Shown here one piece after another: positions 1-12,852 of a stretch of 64,000 bases of DNA. The stretch's first letter is position 1. Each line of letters begins with the position of its first letter. The stretch spans positions 1,364,001 to 1,428,000 of the forward strand of contig NEEC01000015.1 of assembly GCA_002189035.1 (NCBI GenBank), given 5' to 3'. The notes under the pieces are model-generated. The model was not told the origin of the DNA. It ran no database searches and was given only the letters and a program-made list of their open reading frames with translations. A program made the position numbers and the translations under genes. The stretch comes from Utricularia gibba (lineage: Eukaryota; Plantae; Magnoliophyta).

Positions 1-713
1 CACTCGTCTTCTTGCCTGCTGGAATTTAGTCGCGTGCCGTCCGACTATTCAAGCCAATGGGAATTTAGACACGTGTTCCAATACTCTTCAAGCCAACCAT
101 TTTAAATAATTGTATTGAAATAAACTCAAATTAAGTATTCAGACCGTGTTTAAAATTATAGTAACGTAATGATTCTTGATCTTATAATATAGAATTGATC
201 TTTATTTGATCCACACTATCCACATTGGCGTGTTTTAAAAATGACGATTTAATCCCGTTAAAATCATATTTAGCCACATTCATAATAACGATTAAATTAA
301 AATTAAAATCATTTTAAAATAGAAAAAAATCATGATTCAAACAAAATTTGATATTCTTTCATCATAAAAATTTTAAAAACAAACAATGCGCAACATATGC
401 TCAATTGATATTTTATTCCATAAAATCGATCCGTATTTGACCAATTTGTTATCAACGTACACTCAATTGAAACTTCATATCATTAAATGGATCAATTGGT
501 ATTTGATCAATTTGTAGCTAACCGTCAATTTTAGTTGGCTGGGCACATGGTTTGATAAAAATGCACATCTTAATTTCAATTTTTCCACACAATATTGTAT
601 GTAATTGTATAAAATAAATATAATTTCAAACTCAAATACATATATTAATTATATTTATTGTTAGAAATTAAAAAATATATATTTATTGATAAGATAATGG
701 TTTACAGAGAGTG

Positions 714-2812
714 TTAAAAAATGCTGTCCCATATAGGGCTCAATGATGTGTCGTCGTCATTGGCAGTTTGTTCGTTTAGGAACACTGATCCGTTCCCGAA
801 GAACATGTCTTCATCCAATCCTGGAAAAAGATGAAACACGCGGTTGTGAATCTTGAGTTACCGGATAAACAAAGTCATGCTAGAACATTTGGAATAGGAA
901 GAATGCTTACCAAACTCAAGGTTTTCAGGGCAGAAGCCTTCAAGTAGATCTAAATAGTCATCTCCGGCGGCCGCAATAGCGTTTAGTTCCTCTTCGGTGG
1001 AATATTGCCAAGCAGGCTGAGTTGCCCCTGGGACATTGTTGTCGTTCACTGGAAGATTTTCAGGTTGTGATGCTGCCGAGACAGGCTCTGGATGAACATT
1101 TTGTTCTGCGGGTATGGGGACGGAGGGAATGGGTGTGTTCAAGGTGAAGTCTTGAGGCTGTTGGTTGACCTCCGGAACGTCATGAAGCTCGGAGGAGACA
1201 GGCGCTGGATAAACATTTTGTTCTGCGGGTATGGGGACGGAGGGAATGGGTGTGTTCAAGGTGAAGTCTTGAGGCTGTTGGTTGACCTCCGGGACATGAT
1301 GAAGCTCGGAGAAGACAGGCGCTGGATGAGCATTTTGTTCTGCGAGTATGGGGACGGAGGGCATGGGTGTGTTGAAGGTGAAGTCTTGAGGCTGTGGGTT
1401 GACCTCGGGAACAACAGGAAGCTCGGAATTCTCCCGAGAGAGATAGGGCAGAATGGCAGCTCCGATTCCTGGATCCGGAGGAGATGCTTCGAGAGAAGTA
1501 GTCCATGGGAATTGCTGGGAAGGACCAGCGGATGATGAATAAAATACAGTAAGGTCCATTGGGGCTTGAGCTGATGGAAGATAAGGTGACTTGGGGTTAA
1601 TGGAGACTTCCAAAGGAGATGACTGGAGATCAGTAGTCCATGAGAGTTTCTGAGAAGGACCAGTGGATGATAAATGATGTAAATTAGGGTCGATCGGGGC
1701 TTGAGCTGATGGAATATAAGGTGATTTGGGGTTAATGGAGACTTGCAGAGGTGATGGCTGTGAAGGATAAGGTGATTTTTGGTTATTGGCAAGAATACTA
1801 CAACCGTTTTGATGATCGATCCACTGTTGCTGTGGCTGTTTTGATCCCATCTGCTGCCAGTGATTCTGTGGAAAAAAGACAGAACAAAAGCGTTTCAACC
1901 AGAGAAGTTGCCACCAGCTAAATAAGTAAAGAAGCATACCTGCAGATGACTCGCGAGCTCGTTCCTTGAAGGCCATGGTTTATTCAACTCAAATGCCTTC
2001 TTCCATGGAGCCTCTGCCACATAAAAAAACACTTCCTTCTTCAGACCATCGAAAATGGAAGATGAAGAGTTGCTAATGGATCTTACTTTGATGCCCTTGT
2101 TGAGTGGCAGCAGTTCGGGCAACCTCATGAATTTCGTTAGCCCGAGCCAGCCTTGGCTTCTTTCTTGAACCAGTGCCATCACCGGATTTTTCTTGTTCCC
2201 AGTGGGTGTCGTAATCAGCTCTGCGTTTTCTCTTAGGATCCCATTGAGCATTAGATGATTCCGCCCAGTTTACATGATCACGTTGGGGCTTTGTCTCCAC
2301 CGCCTTTTTTTCGATGCACTTCACGCTCTGTGTAATTCTGTCAGCAACCAGAATCACCATCTTCCAGAGGTCCAGTATTTTCACACCTTCCAGAGGGCAA
2401 ATACAACCAGCTCTTCCTCTTTCATTGGTATCTTCGATAACTGCATCAAAAGTGCCCAGTATTAAGTACATGAAACCAAGCAACAAAAAGACTGAAGAAT
2501 GGATGCATACTTAGCCCACCGGTGCCTTCTGGTGCACTGGAAATGTCAACCAACTTAAATCCTTTCCTATTACATAGGAAAATATCGAGTGCATCTCGTG
2601 GTTTCTGCAAAATCTCCGTCTGCAGCGAACATATTCTCGCTGCAAACAAAAGAGTGTAGATACGAAAGTTTGTTGAAGTGTAAAACCCGATGGGCGTGTG
2701 AAATTGCAGTCGACAGAAGAGAATGAGTAAAAATCAAGACACTACGTATACCTCGAAGATCGGAGTTCATGGGTGGTGCCGCTGCCTTGATTTGCGCCGC
2801 AAGCAGCTCCAT
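714..2812 (-). CDS. Divergent type-B response regulator-like (pseudo-receiver + degenerate GARP/Myb) protein, about 559 aa, 6 exons
   Basis: Hand model: exons 2812-2752, 2639-2511, 2440-2087, 2013-1940, 1865-911, 820-714. All introns are GT-AG (phases 1,1,1,0,1) and the frame is open over 1680 nt. ALDIFLCNRKGFKLV resembles receiver ALSLLRKNKNGFDIV. RKKPRLARANEIHEVARTAATQQGHQK/APWKKAFELNKPWPSRNELASHLQ resembles ARR-B [51 protein letters not shown], with introns at the ARR-B positions. The first exon is the least certain. Confidence 0.7.
1077..1412 (-). repeat. In-frame tandem repeat, 117-bp (39-aa) unit, about 2.9 copies
   Basis: VPEVNQQPQDFTLNTPIPSVPIPAEQNV... recurs; DNA matches at about 1088/1205/1322 (period 117). 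Confidence 0.95.
1479..1748 (-). repeat. In-frame tandem repeat, 135-bp (45-aa) unit, 2 copies
   Basis: L(Q/E)VSINPKSPY(I/L)PSAQAP... occurs twice; ggggcttgagctgatggaa at 1561 and 1696. Confidence 0.9.
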
Positions 2813-5800
2813 TTTATTCTGAATACGAACGAAAACCATGATCAGCGAGAACAAAGAAACCCCAGTTAAAGAAAACGAAGGAATGTAGACATGAAGAGTA
2901 TTCTCGTGATAAGAACTACAAAACCCTATTAACAAAAATCAATGGACATCCACAACGCAAAACTAAGAGCAGGAATATGAAGAATAGACATTATGAAAAA
3001 CAAAGGAACGTCGTGTAATCTCGCGATCAAGAAGTGGAACATCAAGAACGAAAGAAAACATGTCATCATGATCAGGAACGCACGAAAACCTGATTACAGA
3101 AGGTAAACCAATATCAAAATCACAAATTACATTGCTTCCATGAAGAGAACGTTCAAGAAAACCTGATCCATGAACGTTACAGGACACCTGGGAATTGTGA
3201 TCAGCAAGGAAGTACACCATGAAAACCTAACCCCGTGCTTCAACTATAGATTCCTACAGAGCACTACTCACCATTATAGACCCTTCTTTTTGTTATCCGA
3301 ATGAGATGCAGTCTAGTGCCATGGATTCACAGGTATTTATTCAGGTGAAATTTGGGCGGGAAAATCTTAATACTCAGTCTTCTAACTGGGCCATCAGTTC
3401 TTAAATCAATTTCAAAACTAAATGATTGTTTTCATTTTAAAATAATTTAAAATAATAACAAAAATCACTTTGCCTTATGTAAATAAAATAATCCATCTCA
3501 TAATCGAATTAAATTTATAATAACCAGAGTTTTTTTAATAAAATCGTCAATTTTTAGGCATTAGTTTTGTACCTTAACACGTGACATAAAGTTAAGTGGC
3601 CATTCCATGAACAACATGAGCATGATTTTTAGAAGTAAATCACTTGGAGTCATCCTTTTTCTTACAGCTGAGCGGTGACTGGGGAAGAGCGAAACGGGAC
3701 GCAGTGTGGCCGCCGGAGCTCCAAGGTTTCCGGTGTGACGGAAGGCGTCCAATTCCCGGATCGCGGAGGCGGAAGGGAGACGCGGGTGCGGGAATTTGTA
3801 GATCGGGTCTGGTTCGGAAGTCTGTCGGCAGAATATTACAAGCGGATTCAATCCTATGGATGTAATTAAATTTGGATTCAGAAATCTTTCCACGGCACAC
3901 TAACAAAACCAAGGCACGCGTATTATGAAAATTAAAAAATAATTACGCTAAATGTCATAAAAGAATTTCTACCGAAAGTCAAACCCATTGTGGGCCCCAT
4001 TGTGGTCGGGTCGGCCTTATTCTTGTCAACATTTGTTTACAATTAAAATAGGATCCTAAATTTCAGAAAGAAACGTAAATCCCCATCCCATTTAACGAAT
4101 CGGGTCGGGACGAAAGGGACACCTTTGTCTCTACTGATCGAGTAAATTTTTTTTAATAATTAATAATTTTTGAAATTTGACAATGACCCTTCTCACATTC
4201 TCTCTCTCCTCAATGTGTTTGATCGAAACCACTTGAAGAGAATGAATGCACGATAAAATATGAAGCAATAAATAATAAGGTAGAGTTTGGGTATGTCAAT
4301 TTAAAATATAGTTAGTACAAAAAGTTTAATTTTCAAGTTTCAAAATTATGCTACAAATATATTAATATATTTTTATAAATAATTTACTTATGAACCTATG
4401 AAATTACATATTTAACTTTCTATATTATTGAAACGAATCGATTTTGATCATAATACCATTATCATGGTGCATCGTATGAGACGTAATATAACTATTTATC
4501 ATTTTGAATAATATGAGATATGAAATCGATATAACTTTCATCATTTTGAGTTATATGAGATACAAATGTTATATAATTTTAATGAGAGTATCATTTAATT
4601 CTCTAAACTTCAAATGGGAATACGAAAAATCTTATCACAAAATTTTCTTGGATTTGAAATAAGAGCATATTCCAATTTTTAAAAATTTTGAAAACCATTT
4701 GGATGTTCGTTACATGGTTTTGACAACTTGAAGTGTTTTATTTGTAATTTTGAAACTTAGGATTATATGATTAACTTGATATATTGTTTTTACAAATTTT
4801 TCATAAATAATGTAAAAAGAGAAAAAAGAAACAAATGTTATTGAAACCCATGGTCGGTGTTCACTGGACCACACCGGCCATAGGAAATCCAAAGCCCAAT
4901 CTTAAATCCAGCCCAATAGGTTCAACCCTGAAATTTTGACCGAAGGTCAACGTCCTTCAAATAATTTATAAAAATGATGATTAAATCGTATAATAAACTG
5001 AACCTGTTTTTAAAAGCATGATCCTATTTTCTTTTATTAGAGGCCAACCCATTAAAAAATTATTTATTTTTTAAATAAATAATTAAACAGTAATTATCTA
5101 GAAGTGAATTATTGAGAGGGTGGCCTGGGGCTGGGGGTTCCCCAAAAGAGGGGGTTTTAATAAACCTAATCTGAGGGAGTCTGTTTCCCAAAATGTAACA
5201 GAGCAATTTTAGCTGACAGCCCGGTGCAGTACGCCGACCTATCTAAATATATCAAGAGCCCAGCCTTGGCCTTACCGAAGATGCTACTGCTGCAAACCTA
5301 GATTCAAAGCTATGCCGAATTTGGAACTCCATGGAAGTAGATTTGGGGCACCGTTTTTATTCCGAAATTAGAAAATAATTTTTAATTCAACAAAAAATGA
5401 GGAAATTTGTGTGGAGGGAAGTCAACGCTTTTTTTCTAATTGATTATTTGACTGTTAAGACATTCCCCTAGAATGAGGGGAGGAAGTCTTCAGGTCCACG
5501 AGAAGAACATCTCTTAGAACCCAAGAATGCGTGACTGCTGGAGATCAGAAGCGCAAGCAAGAACAGTCTGGGTCACCCAAGTAGTCGGATCTGAGTAAGT
5601 ATTTTGTGATGTGAGAGACCTGTGTTAGCAGCGGAATCACAGATGCACGTTTGGGTGGATTCCGACTCAAGTTGTATCGCTGGGAACGTGAAATAGCTCA
5701 GGCGGGAAGACGTGGGGTTCTTTCTAACGATAAACCAGACGTATTCAGATGCCGTCGAGATTGAGAGAGACTCGGCGGGACTTGGGAAACGTCTAACGTC

Positions 5801-7556
5801 ATCGGACTTTACCGGTGAAGGGTCGTACTCCGACTGGGCGGCGTCTAAATTTGTTACTGAAATTTACAATCGTACAGGAGGGGGATGAATCGATTATTAT
5901 ACACTAAGGAACCCCGAATCGAAAGGATAAGCCAAGGAGAAGGAAAAGCCGCTCAAATTCCTTCACAATTGCATTGTCAGGTCAACATCTCATACTTTCT
6001 TTACCTACTCAACTGCCATGCAGTAAATGCTCATCTGCTTCACAGTTTAGGGTTTCTTAACACTCCATGTGGATCCCTGAGTTCGTTTGTCGATTCACCC
6101 TTCTGGCTCCGTCCCCCTTGACAGTCTTTCTGATTGGATGGATGGATAATCAACAGGTTTAGTCTCCCAGATTTCTGTAAAAAAAATCCAACTGTCGCTT
6201 GCTCGATAAAAAGTAAACTCCAGTCAGTTTTTCTTTCAATGATCATGAAAAAGGGCTCGATAAAATGGTTTATCTACAGCTTTCCCATTCATGGAAAGTA
6301 AATTCCCTTAAGAAATACTTGATTAAAAACGTCCTTGTTCCTGGTCCTGGTTTCTTGCTGAAACTAGAACAGCATACGAACCAAAGCTTGCTGCATAAAT
6401 TCCCTCACATCCTCTCGAGACTAATGTAATAGAATCGAAATCATATGATATGATCACATGCTAATGTGTGTACCTAGAGTTATACCAGCAACCCAAATGG
6501 GTTGTCCTGCTCATCACCATTTTTTCGACTCAAAGTGTTCGGAATCCTGGGACTGGTCAAGCGAGTTGGGTGTGCTGCAGAAAAGCATAAATGTGTGTAT
6601 TTTCAATCACAACACGGCGTTTTAAGGAAGCGAAAAAACCTGCTCCCCACAGGCTACAATTAATGCATCAAGGGAACGAACACATCGTCGTCTTCTTGAG
6701 TCGGCTCTGCGGGTCCTATTCTCGCCTTCAAGCTGGGCAAGCTCGTACTCGCACCAATGGGGCTCTGTCTGTTCAAATAAACATAGCCACGGAAACTAAA
6801 CTTGGTGAGAATGTTTACAATAATTTATTGAATATATTTTATTCTAATTTTTAATCATTTTGTAATAAAATGATATTTAAAATTTATGATTAACTTTAGA
6901 AATTATTGAATTTTTGAATCTCTAGTTTATAAATTAAATAATAAATTAATTATAAAAATTATAATATTCACTTTTTATTATTCAAAAAAAATTATTTATA
7001 TCATAATATTAAATTATATAATAAATTTATTTATTAAATTTTATAATATAATTTTACATTATTTTATAAAATAGTTTTATAATGTCAAACTCATTTATTG
7101 CAGTTTTCATCTAAACAAGATGCAAACTCGTGATCAATCATTTATTTTAAAACATAATATAATGAAATATACTTCAAAATATGATTACAAATCTTCAATG
7201 ATAATCATATTATATCATTCATCATCAGACATGCAACTTGCTTGAAATATATATATTTTTTATTCAATTTGGTATATTAAATTGAAATAATGAAATGGCT
7301 TCATAGAAAATATAGGTTTTTAATTCATAAAACGAGATCGAAAGAAACACAGCACGTGAGTGATGTGAATGTGAACACGTTCCTCTAAATTTATATAAAA
7401 AATGAATAAAATAGATGTACGAACAAAGAAGAGCCACTGTGTGCTCTATTCAATCGGTCTTCTGGGGTTTCCTCTCGTCGTCTTCTTGCCTCCTGCTGCG
7501 CGTGTTCTTTTCACCATATTCTCAATCATTGGTCTTTCTGGGTTTTTTCTTCTCCG

Positions 7557-8065
7557 ATGGATCTATCAAAATACTCCTCTTTCCCGGAGGATGGCCGGAG
7601 CCGCTACGAGTCGCAAAAGCGTCGTGATTGGCACACATTCTATCAGTTCCTTCAGAACCAGACGCCGCCGGTGGAGATCCCGCACTGGAACAGCGACCAT
7701 GTCCTCGAGTTTCTGAGGTATTTGGATCAGTTTGGGAAGACAAAGGTGCATTTAGAGACCTGCCTCTTCTTCGGACGCCCCGACCCCCAGCACCCTGCAC
7801 GTGTCCCCTTCGCCAAGCCTGGGGAAGCCTCGACGCGCTGATTGGGAGGCTGCGCGCCGCCTACGAGGAGAACGGAGGATCGCCGGAAACCAATCCGTTT
7901 GCAAGCGGCGCGATAAGGACGTATCTGAGGGAAGTGAAAGAGTGTCAGGCGAAAGCTAGAGGGATTCTCTACAACAAGAAGAAGAACAAGAACAAGAAAG
8001 GTCTCAGCTCCGCTGGAGGTGGATCCAGTAAGAATGGTACCAATGAATCCCCTTCTTCTCCTTAG
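7557..8065 (+). CDS. LSH: ALOG/LSH (LIGHT-DEPENDENT SHORT HYPOCOTYLS, LSH10-like) transcription factor with an apparent -1 frameshift
   Basis: [51 protein letters not shown] and a basic NLS. The two ORFs join if the C5 run at 7784-7788 is C6 ([10 protein letters not shown]). Confidence 0.93.
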
Positions 8066-11000
8066 TCGCCAGTCAGAATAGCACTAGCGAATCCTCTTCT
8101 TCTTCATTCCTTTTCTTTCTTCTATTTATTGCATTTCTAGCTGCTTCAAAACTGTATCTTTGGCGTCGGTCACCATGTGTTACACTTTTGTGAATCCATG
8201 TATGTATGCAAACAAAAGTAAAACACCCAACAGGCGCAGCAGAAGCACCATCAGTGCATGCTCCTTTCTGTATCGCAAACCCTAATTGTTTGTTGTTCGA
8301 GACATAGAAGAAAGAAGATCAAACACCTCCCCCCATCTGAGTTTCCAACTACGGCTCGTAACCCCATCACCAGATTCAAGGCAGAAAACCCTAAAATTGA
8401 ATCTTTGGTGTCGCCATCTATATCCATAAGAACAAGCAATTACCCTTAGTCTGCGAGGTGAATATGGTTACATGCCCTACCTATCCTATCCTATCTTTTT
8501 GTGTCCAATCAAAACTTGAAGCTCTTTCACACAGACCCTTATCCAGCAGCAAGGGGGTCGAGTTCGCAAGGTTATTGCAGCAGTGTTCTGCCGTTTACTA
8601 GGTCAAGCCGTACTATGTTTTCAAACACAGTGAACCTGTTTTAGTTCAAAATTGGTATATGGATCTTCAACCAACCTGCACGTACGGATGGCTGTAGCTA
8701 AGGCGAAAGGAATGAGATGACGACCATTCAACCAGGAAATGAACATTGCATCCCTTCATCTCTTAGATGGAATGAAACAATTTATTGTGGCCTGGAGGAA
8801 GGGGAGGGAAATTAATACTCGATCGTCCTTGGTATCTTTCTAAGATTTCTGTCGGTGTCAGCAGTGAATTGGGTTGATGATAAGGTTAGATTAGGTTTAA
8901 AATTCTTTTTAAAAAGCGGAGATTTCAGGGCCATGAATGTGCCCTAGAGATTTCTGTGGATATAATTACGCATTTTGGATAGTAGGTGTGTCCAAGACGC
9001 ACTTGCAGTGGATAATCATGTTACAAAAAAAGGTTTGTCTTATCATGCGTACGATTGTTGCTACTGTAGGTGGTCACTATTCACCAACCGTGTGTCCGAA
9101 AGGGTATTTGGCAATTATCATCAAGTGGTACGAATGCAGGCAGTCTACTGATACAAGATTTATAAGGGAATGTTGAGGAATCCCCCTTCATGCCTCCATG
9201 TCTCCCAACATATTCAGCATTTTGTTTCTGAACAGAAGTAGCATCAGAAAGTCCATATTTATGACCTTTTAGGCGATTCGATCCTTACAAAACAATCTGA
9301 AATGTTCGAGAATCATTAAAAAGCGACCTGAAAATGATCAGATCCACAATGGTGTGATGTTATGAAATTATTCTGTTGGTATGTAAAAAAGACAATATAG
9401 AATCCAACTTGGAAAAACGTAGGATTTAGTAAACTTGAAAGAAAAGCACAGATAGTCTTAATGAGGGGTGGAGGATGCTTGCCTTGTTGAAAAATGACAC
9501 ACATACCCACCCTCCGGTGGCAGCCTTCCTAGCTCCATCCCACTTCTCTTGTTCACGGCATGTTCCTCCATGGGATGTTCCTCAGCAGATTTTGGAACCG
9601 CCGCAAGTTTTTCACTTAAATCCAACATCAGAATGACAGGAATGCTAAGACATAACTGCATTGCTGAAGAATTGGCTGGTGCAGAAAGAAGATGGCCATA
9701 ATAAGATCAGTTAACTAAGACGTCATCTTGATATGATCAATAGAAACCGCATTGGAACCAATCGAATTGTATAAAGTTTAATGAAGGGTTGCAAGTCAAA
9801 GGGGATACTAGGATTTGGCACCTAACAGAGACTAGAAAATATATGATAGATATCTTTCGGCAGAGACAGCGTTGGCCAAAGGATTGCTCACGTATTAGAG
9901 TATACTTTCAAGAGTGGTTCCATGACAATACCGCTGTACTATACCGATGTTACACCAAGTAGAGACACTAGCGACTAGGCAGCCATTCAACATATTTGCA
10001 AGCTGTTTCGAAAGAGAACAGGAACACCCCGGATGCCAGTAATTCAGTTTGTATTTAAACACATCAAAATCAAGGTAACGCCACAGCCCAGACAAGCAAA
10101 ACGGATTGTATCGAAACTTCAAAATGCTATAAAAAAAAGACCTTGACTTTATCAAAGGCGGCAACATCATCCTCCCGGTTTTGAATTAGATTTTTTATGT
10201 GTCACGTGTCCACAAATAATCATCAGAGGAATCATCCCCGCCCCAGTATTTCCTAACCTGTGCGAAGTTGGGGGACCACCGTTTTCCCCAGGCGCAACAC
10301 CAGTTCACCATTTCAAGGGCGTGTTTCAGGGTAACATGACATTTGATGGCGGCAGCGAGATTACAGGCTGCGAAAGGAAGTTTGAAGCATTTGGAGATTC
10401 CTTGAACGACGCGGAGGAATCCTACAGGCAGACGGCAGCCACCCGCATTGTGAGCTGACCATGGAGGGGAAGAGAAGCATCTGCAAGTTACTTAAGAACG
10501 AAAGTAAAATTTAGTCACACGAAAATTTAGAACAAAATGCAACATCGCCGTAATGCTTGTGGATAACACGGAGGCCCATTTTAGCAGTACTTTCCTGGGC
10601 TGCAAAATGCCAGTTCAGCTCCCTATTAAGGCCCAATCAAGAAAGCCGAATTACGTATAACAATACATCGTGGGCCTGAGCCTACAACGTTGGGCCTTAC
10701 CTAACATGAATTAAACAATGTAGGAAATAAAAATATGAGCCTAAAACATTGGGCCTTAACATTAACTAAGATGACAAGTTACTCTCAAACATCTAAATGT
10801 CAATATGATGCACTTTTGAACCTATTTTCATTTATTTTGAAAACATGATGTTTAAAAAATAAATAAAAAATAATACATTTTTTGTATGTTAAATTTTATT
10901 TCTGATTCTTTAATATAATATTGAAATCACTTGTGAAATAATTATGTATACTTACCGTAAATTTTCATAAAATTAAAAATAAAATATATTTGAAATTAAT

Positions 11001-12852
11001 ATCTTCATTTAATTATATATATAATAACTATTGAATTACTTTTTATGATATTATCTATTTCAAATATACAATATTTATAATTTTATATTTTTATCATCTT
11101 TGAACTGTCTTCATGTAAGATTATTTATTATTGATTTACTTTAGATCAAATATATTTAACTTTAGAATTACTACTAATGATCATCAACTATGTTTAGGAA
11201 AATACCTCATGTAAAATTTACGTAGTCATTTTATCCAATTTTATTATTTCTCATATTCGTAATCGATGTGCTATTTATCTAGGTTTACATCCTTTATTCT
11301 TATCATTATTTATGATTGATAATTGGTGGTATATTCATTTTTATCCAAGTAACTGAATTAAGGGCAGATATTTAACCCATATAGTTTACTTTGACTTTTG
11401 GATTAAGTGGCTGGCTTTCATACGTTTTGTAGGTTAGGGTTCACTTGAAACTTTTTCTTTGATTATTTAGCATCTAATCAATTGGCGTTTGTCCTTTAAT
11501 TGTTTAGTTCAATTTTTTATTTAAATTCAGTGTATCCACGTACTTTTTGATTTATTATTAAATTAATTTATTGTTTTCTTATCCAATCCTGAACTGGGAA
11601 GAGTTTATTGTGTTTGTTTGCTTTGAGTATCTGGCATTTAGTAGTTATCGAGATATACAAACTTTCCAAGAGAGAACCTGAGTGAGTTCGTATGCTTCTG
11701 CGCACATACGGGTTGGCCAATCACCTACTGCGGCTTCGCTTTCTGATTTTTTCTTTCTTTCTTTCTCTTTTATTTTTTGTGTGTTCTTTGAAATAGTTGA
11801 CCACCTTCCGGGTGTCGTCTACTAGCTTCTTCTTCTCTGTGAGTGGCTTCTTTAGTGACCCTTAGTTGGTTTCTTATCCATAATCGAAGCCTCTAGTTTT
11901 TGCTACATCAAAACTGGGTCTTTTTCTTGTTCAACCACAGTTTTATGATTAGGTTTCTCTCCGTTTTTTCAATTTTTTCTTAAAAAGATGATTTTTAGGA
12001 ATACTAAAAGGTGGATGATTTGATTCATCTTTGTTCTTGACGTTTTTTTGATGAATTTCAGTGAACACGGAAAGGGCTTTTTTTTTTTTTTTTTTGTTAT
12101 TGGTGATCGTTTAAGTTTTTTTATTTATTTCTGGGTTTACTGTGTTTCAATTCCTCGCGTTGAGCATGGGGGAAAATATGTTCCTAGTGTTGAGAAACTG
12201 TGATTTCATGGATATCGAAAACATGGAGGAATTGTTGGAAAGTTGCAATCTTGCTGCAAATTATAGTGAAAATTATCTTTCGTGTGTGTACTGTTTACAA
12301 GGTTTGAGATACGGGCTTTCTTGTTGACGAGTATTTCCAATGTATTGGATATGCCTTGCGCCTATACAAAGCTCGGTGTTTGCTTATGGACGAGCTTTTT
12401 CTTCCCATCAAAGTGATGAAGACGGAATATCCCTCACCTTCCTGTTAATTCAACAATAGACTTTGTTTCTTTCACGTTTTTTCCTGATCTTTTATTTTCT
12501 TGGAAAAACGTCAAGCGATTGCTTGTTCTCTGTTTGTGTCTGTGTATGCAATTTGAAGATAGCGACTGCATCAAAATTTTTGTTTTGGTTAAATGACTTG
12601 TTCGTTTGGAAGTCTTTAAGCTTTCATTCTTGAAGCTCTATTTGCAGAAGCGTTTGTGTCCTTATGACATGTTTTTCAATTGTAATTTTATTTCCCGTAG
12701 TTGCTTTACCAGTATGGTAATATAGGTTACTTTAAACCATCGCATCCACCATTGCTGTACTTTTACAGTAAAATTCAGATGGCGCTAATGATTTGTTTTC
12801 AGGGAAGCACTGGCATCGTCCCTGTTGGTTGTCATTGGCAACAAATCTTGCA

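Noticed and set aside
21-98. Two degenerate 39-bp units (ggaatttag...ttcaagccaa)
   Set aside because: Too short and at the window edge; probably TE subterminal sequence that cannot be classified.
1092-1535. Antisense and alternative-frame ORFs over GC-rich genes (also over ERF, TZF, GLK, RGI and D6PK)
   Set aside because: Shadow ORFs of real coding sequence or of the in-frame repeats.
1895-2251. ORF with a superficial NAC subdomain-D look (GLKKEVFFYVAEAP)
   Set aside because: Better explained as intron plus GARP exon of the ARR-like gene.
9458-9661. HPMEE...GMELG resembling a PP2C N-terminal segment
   Set aside because: Only two short motifs with wrong spacing; the catalytic DGH motif is absent.
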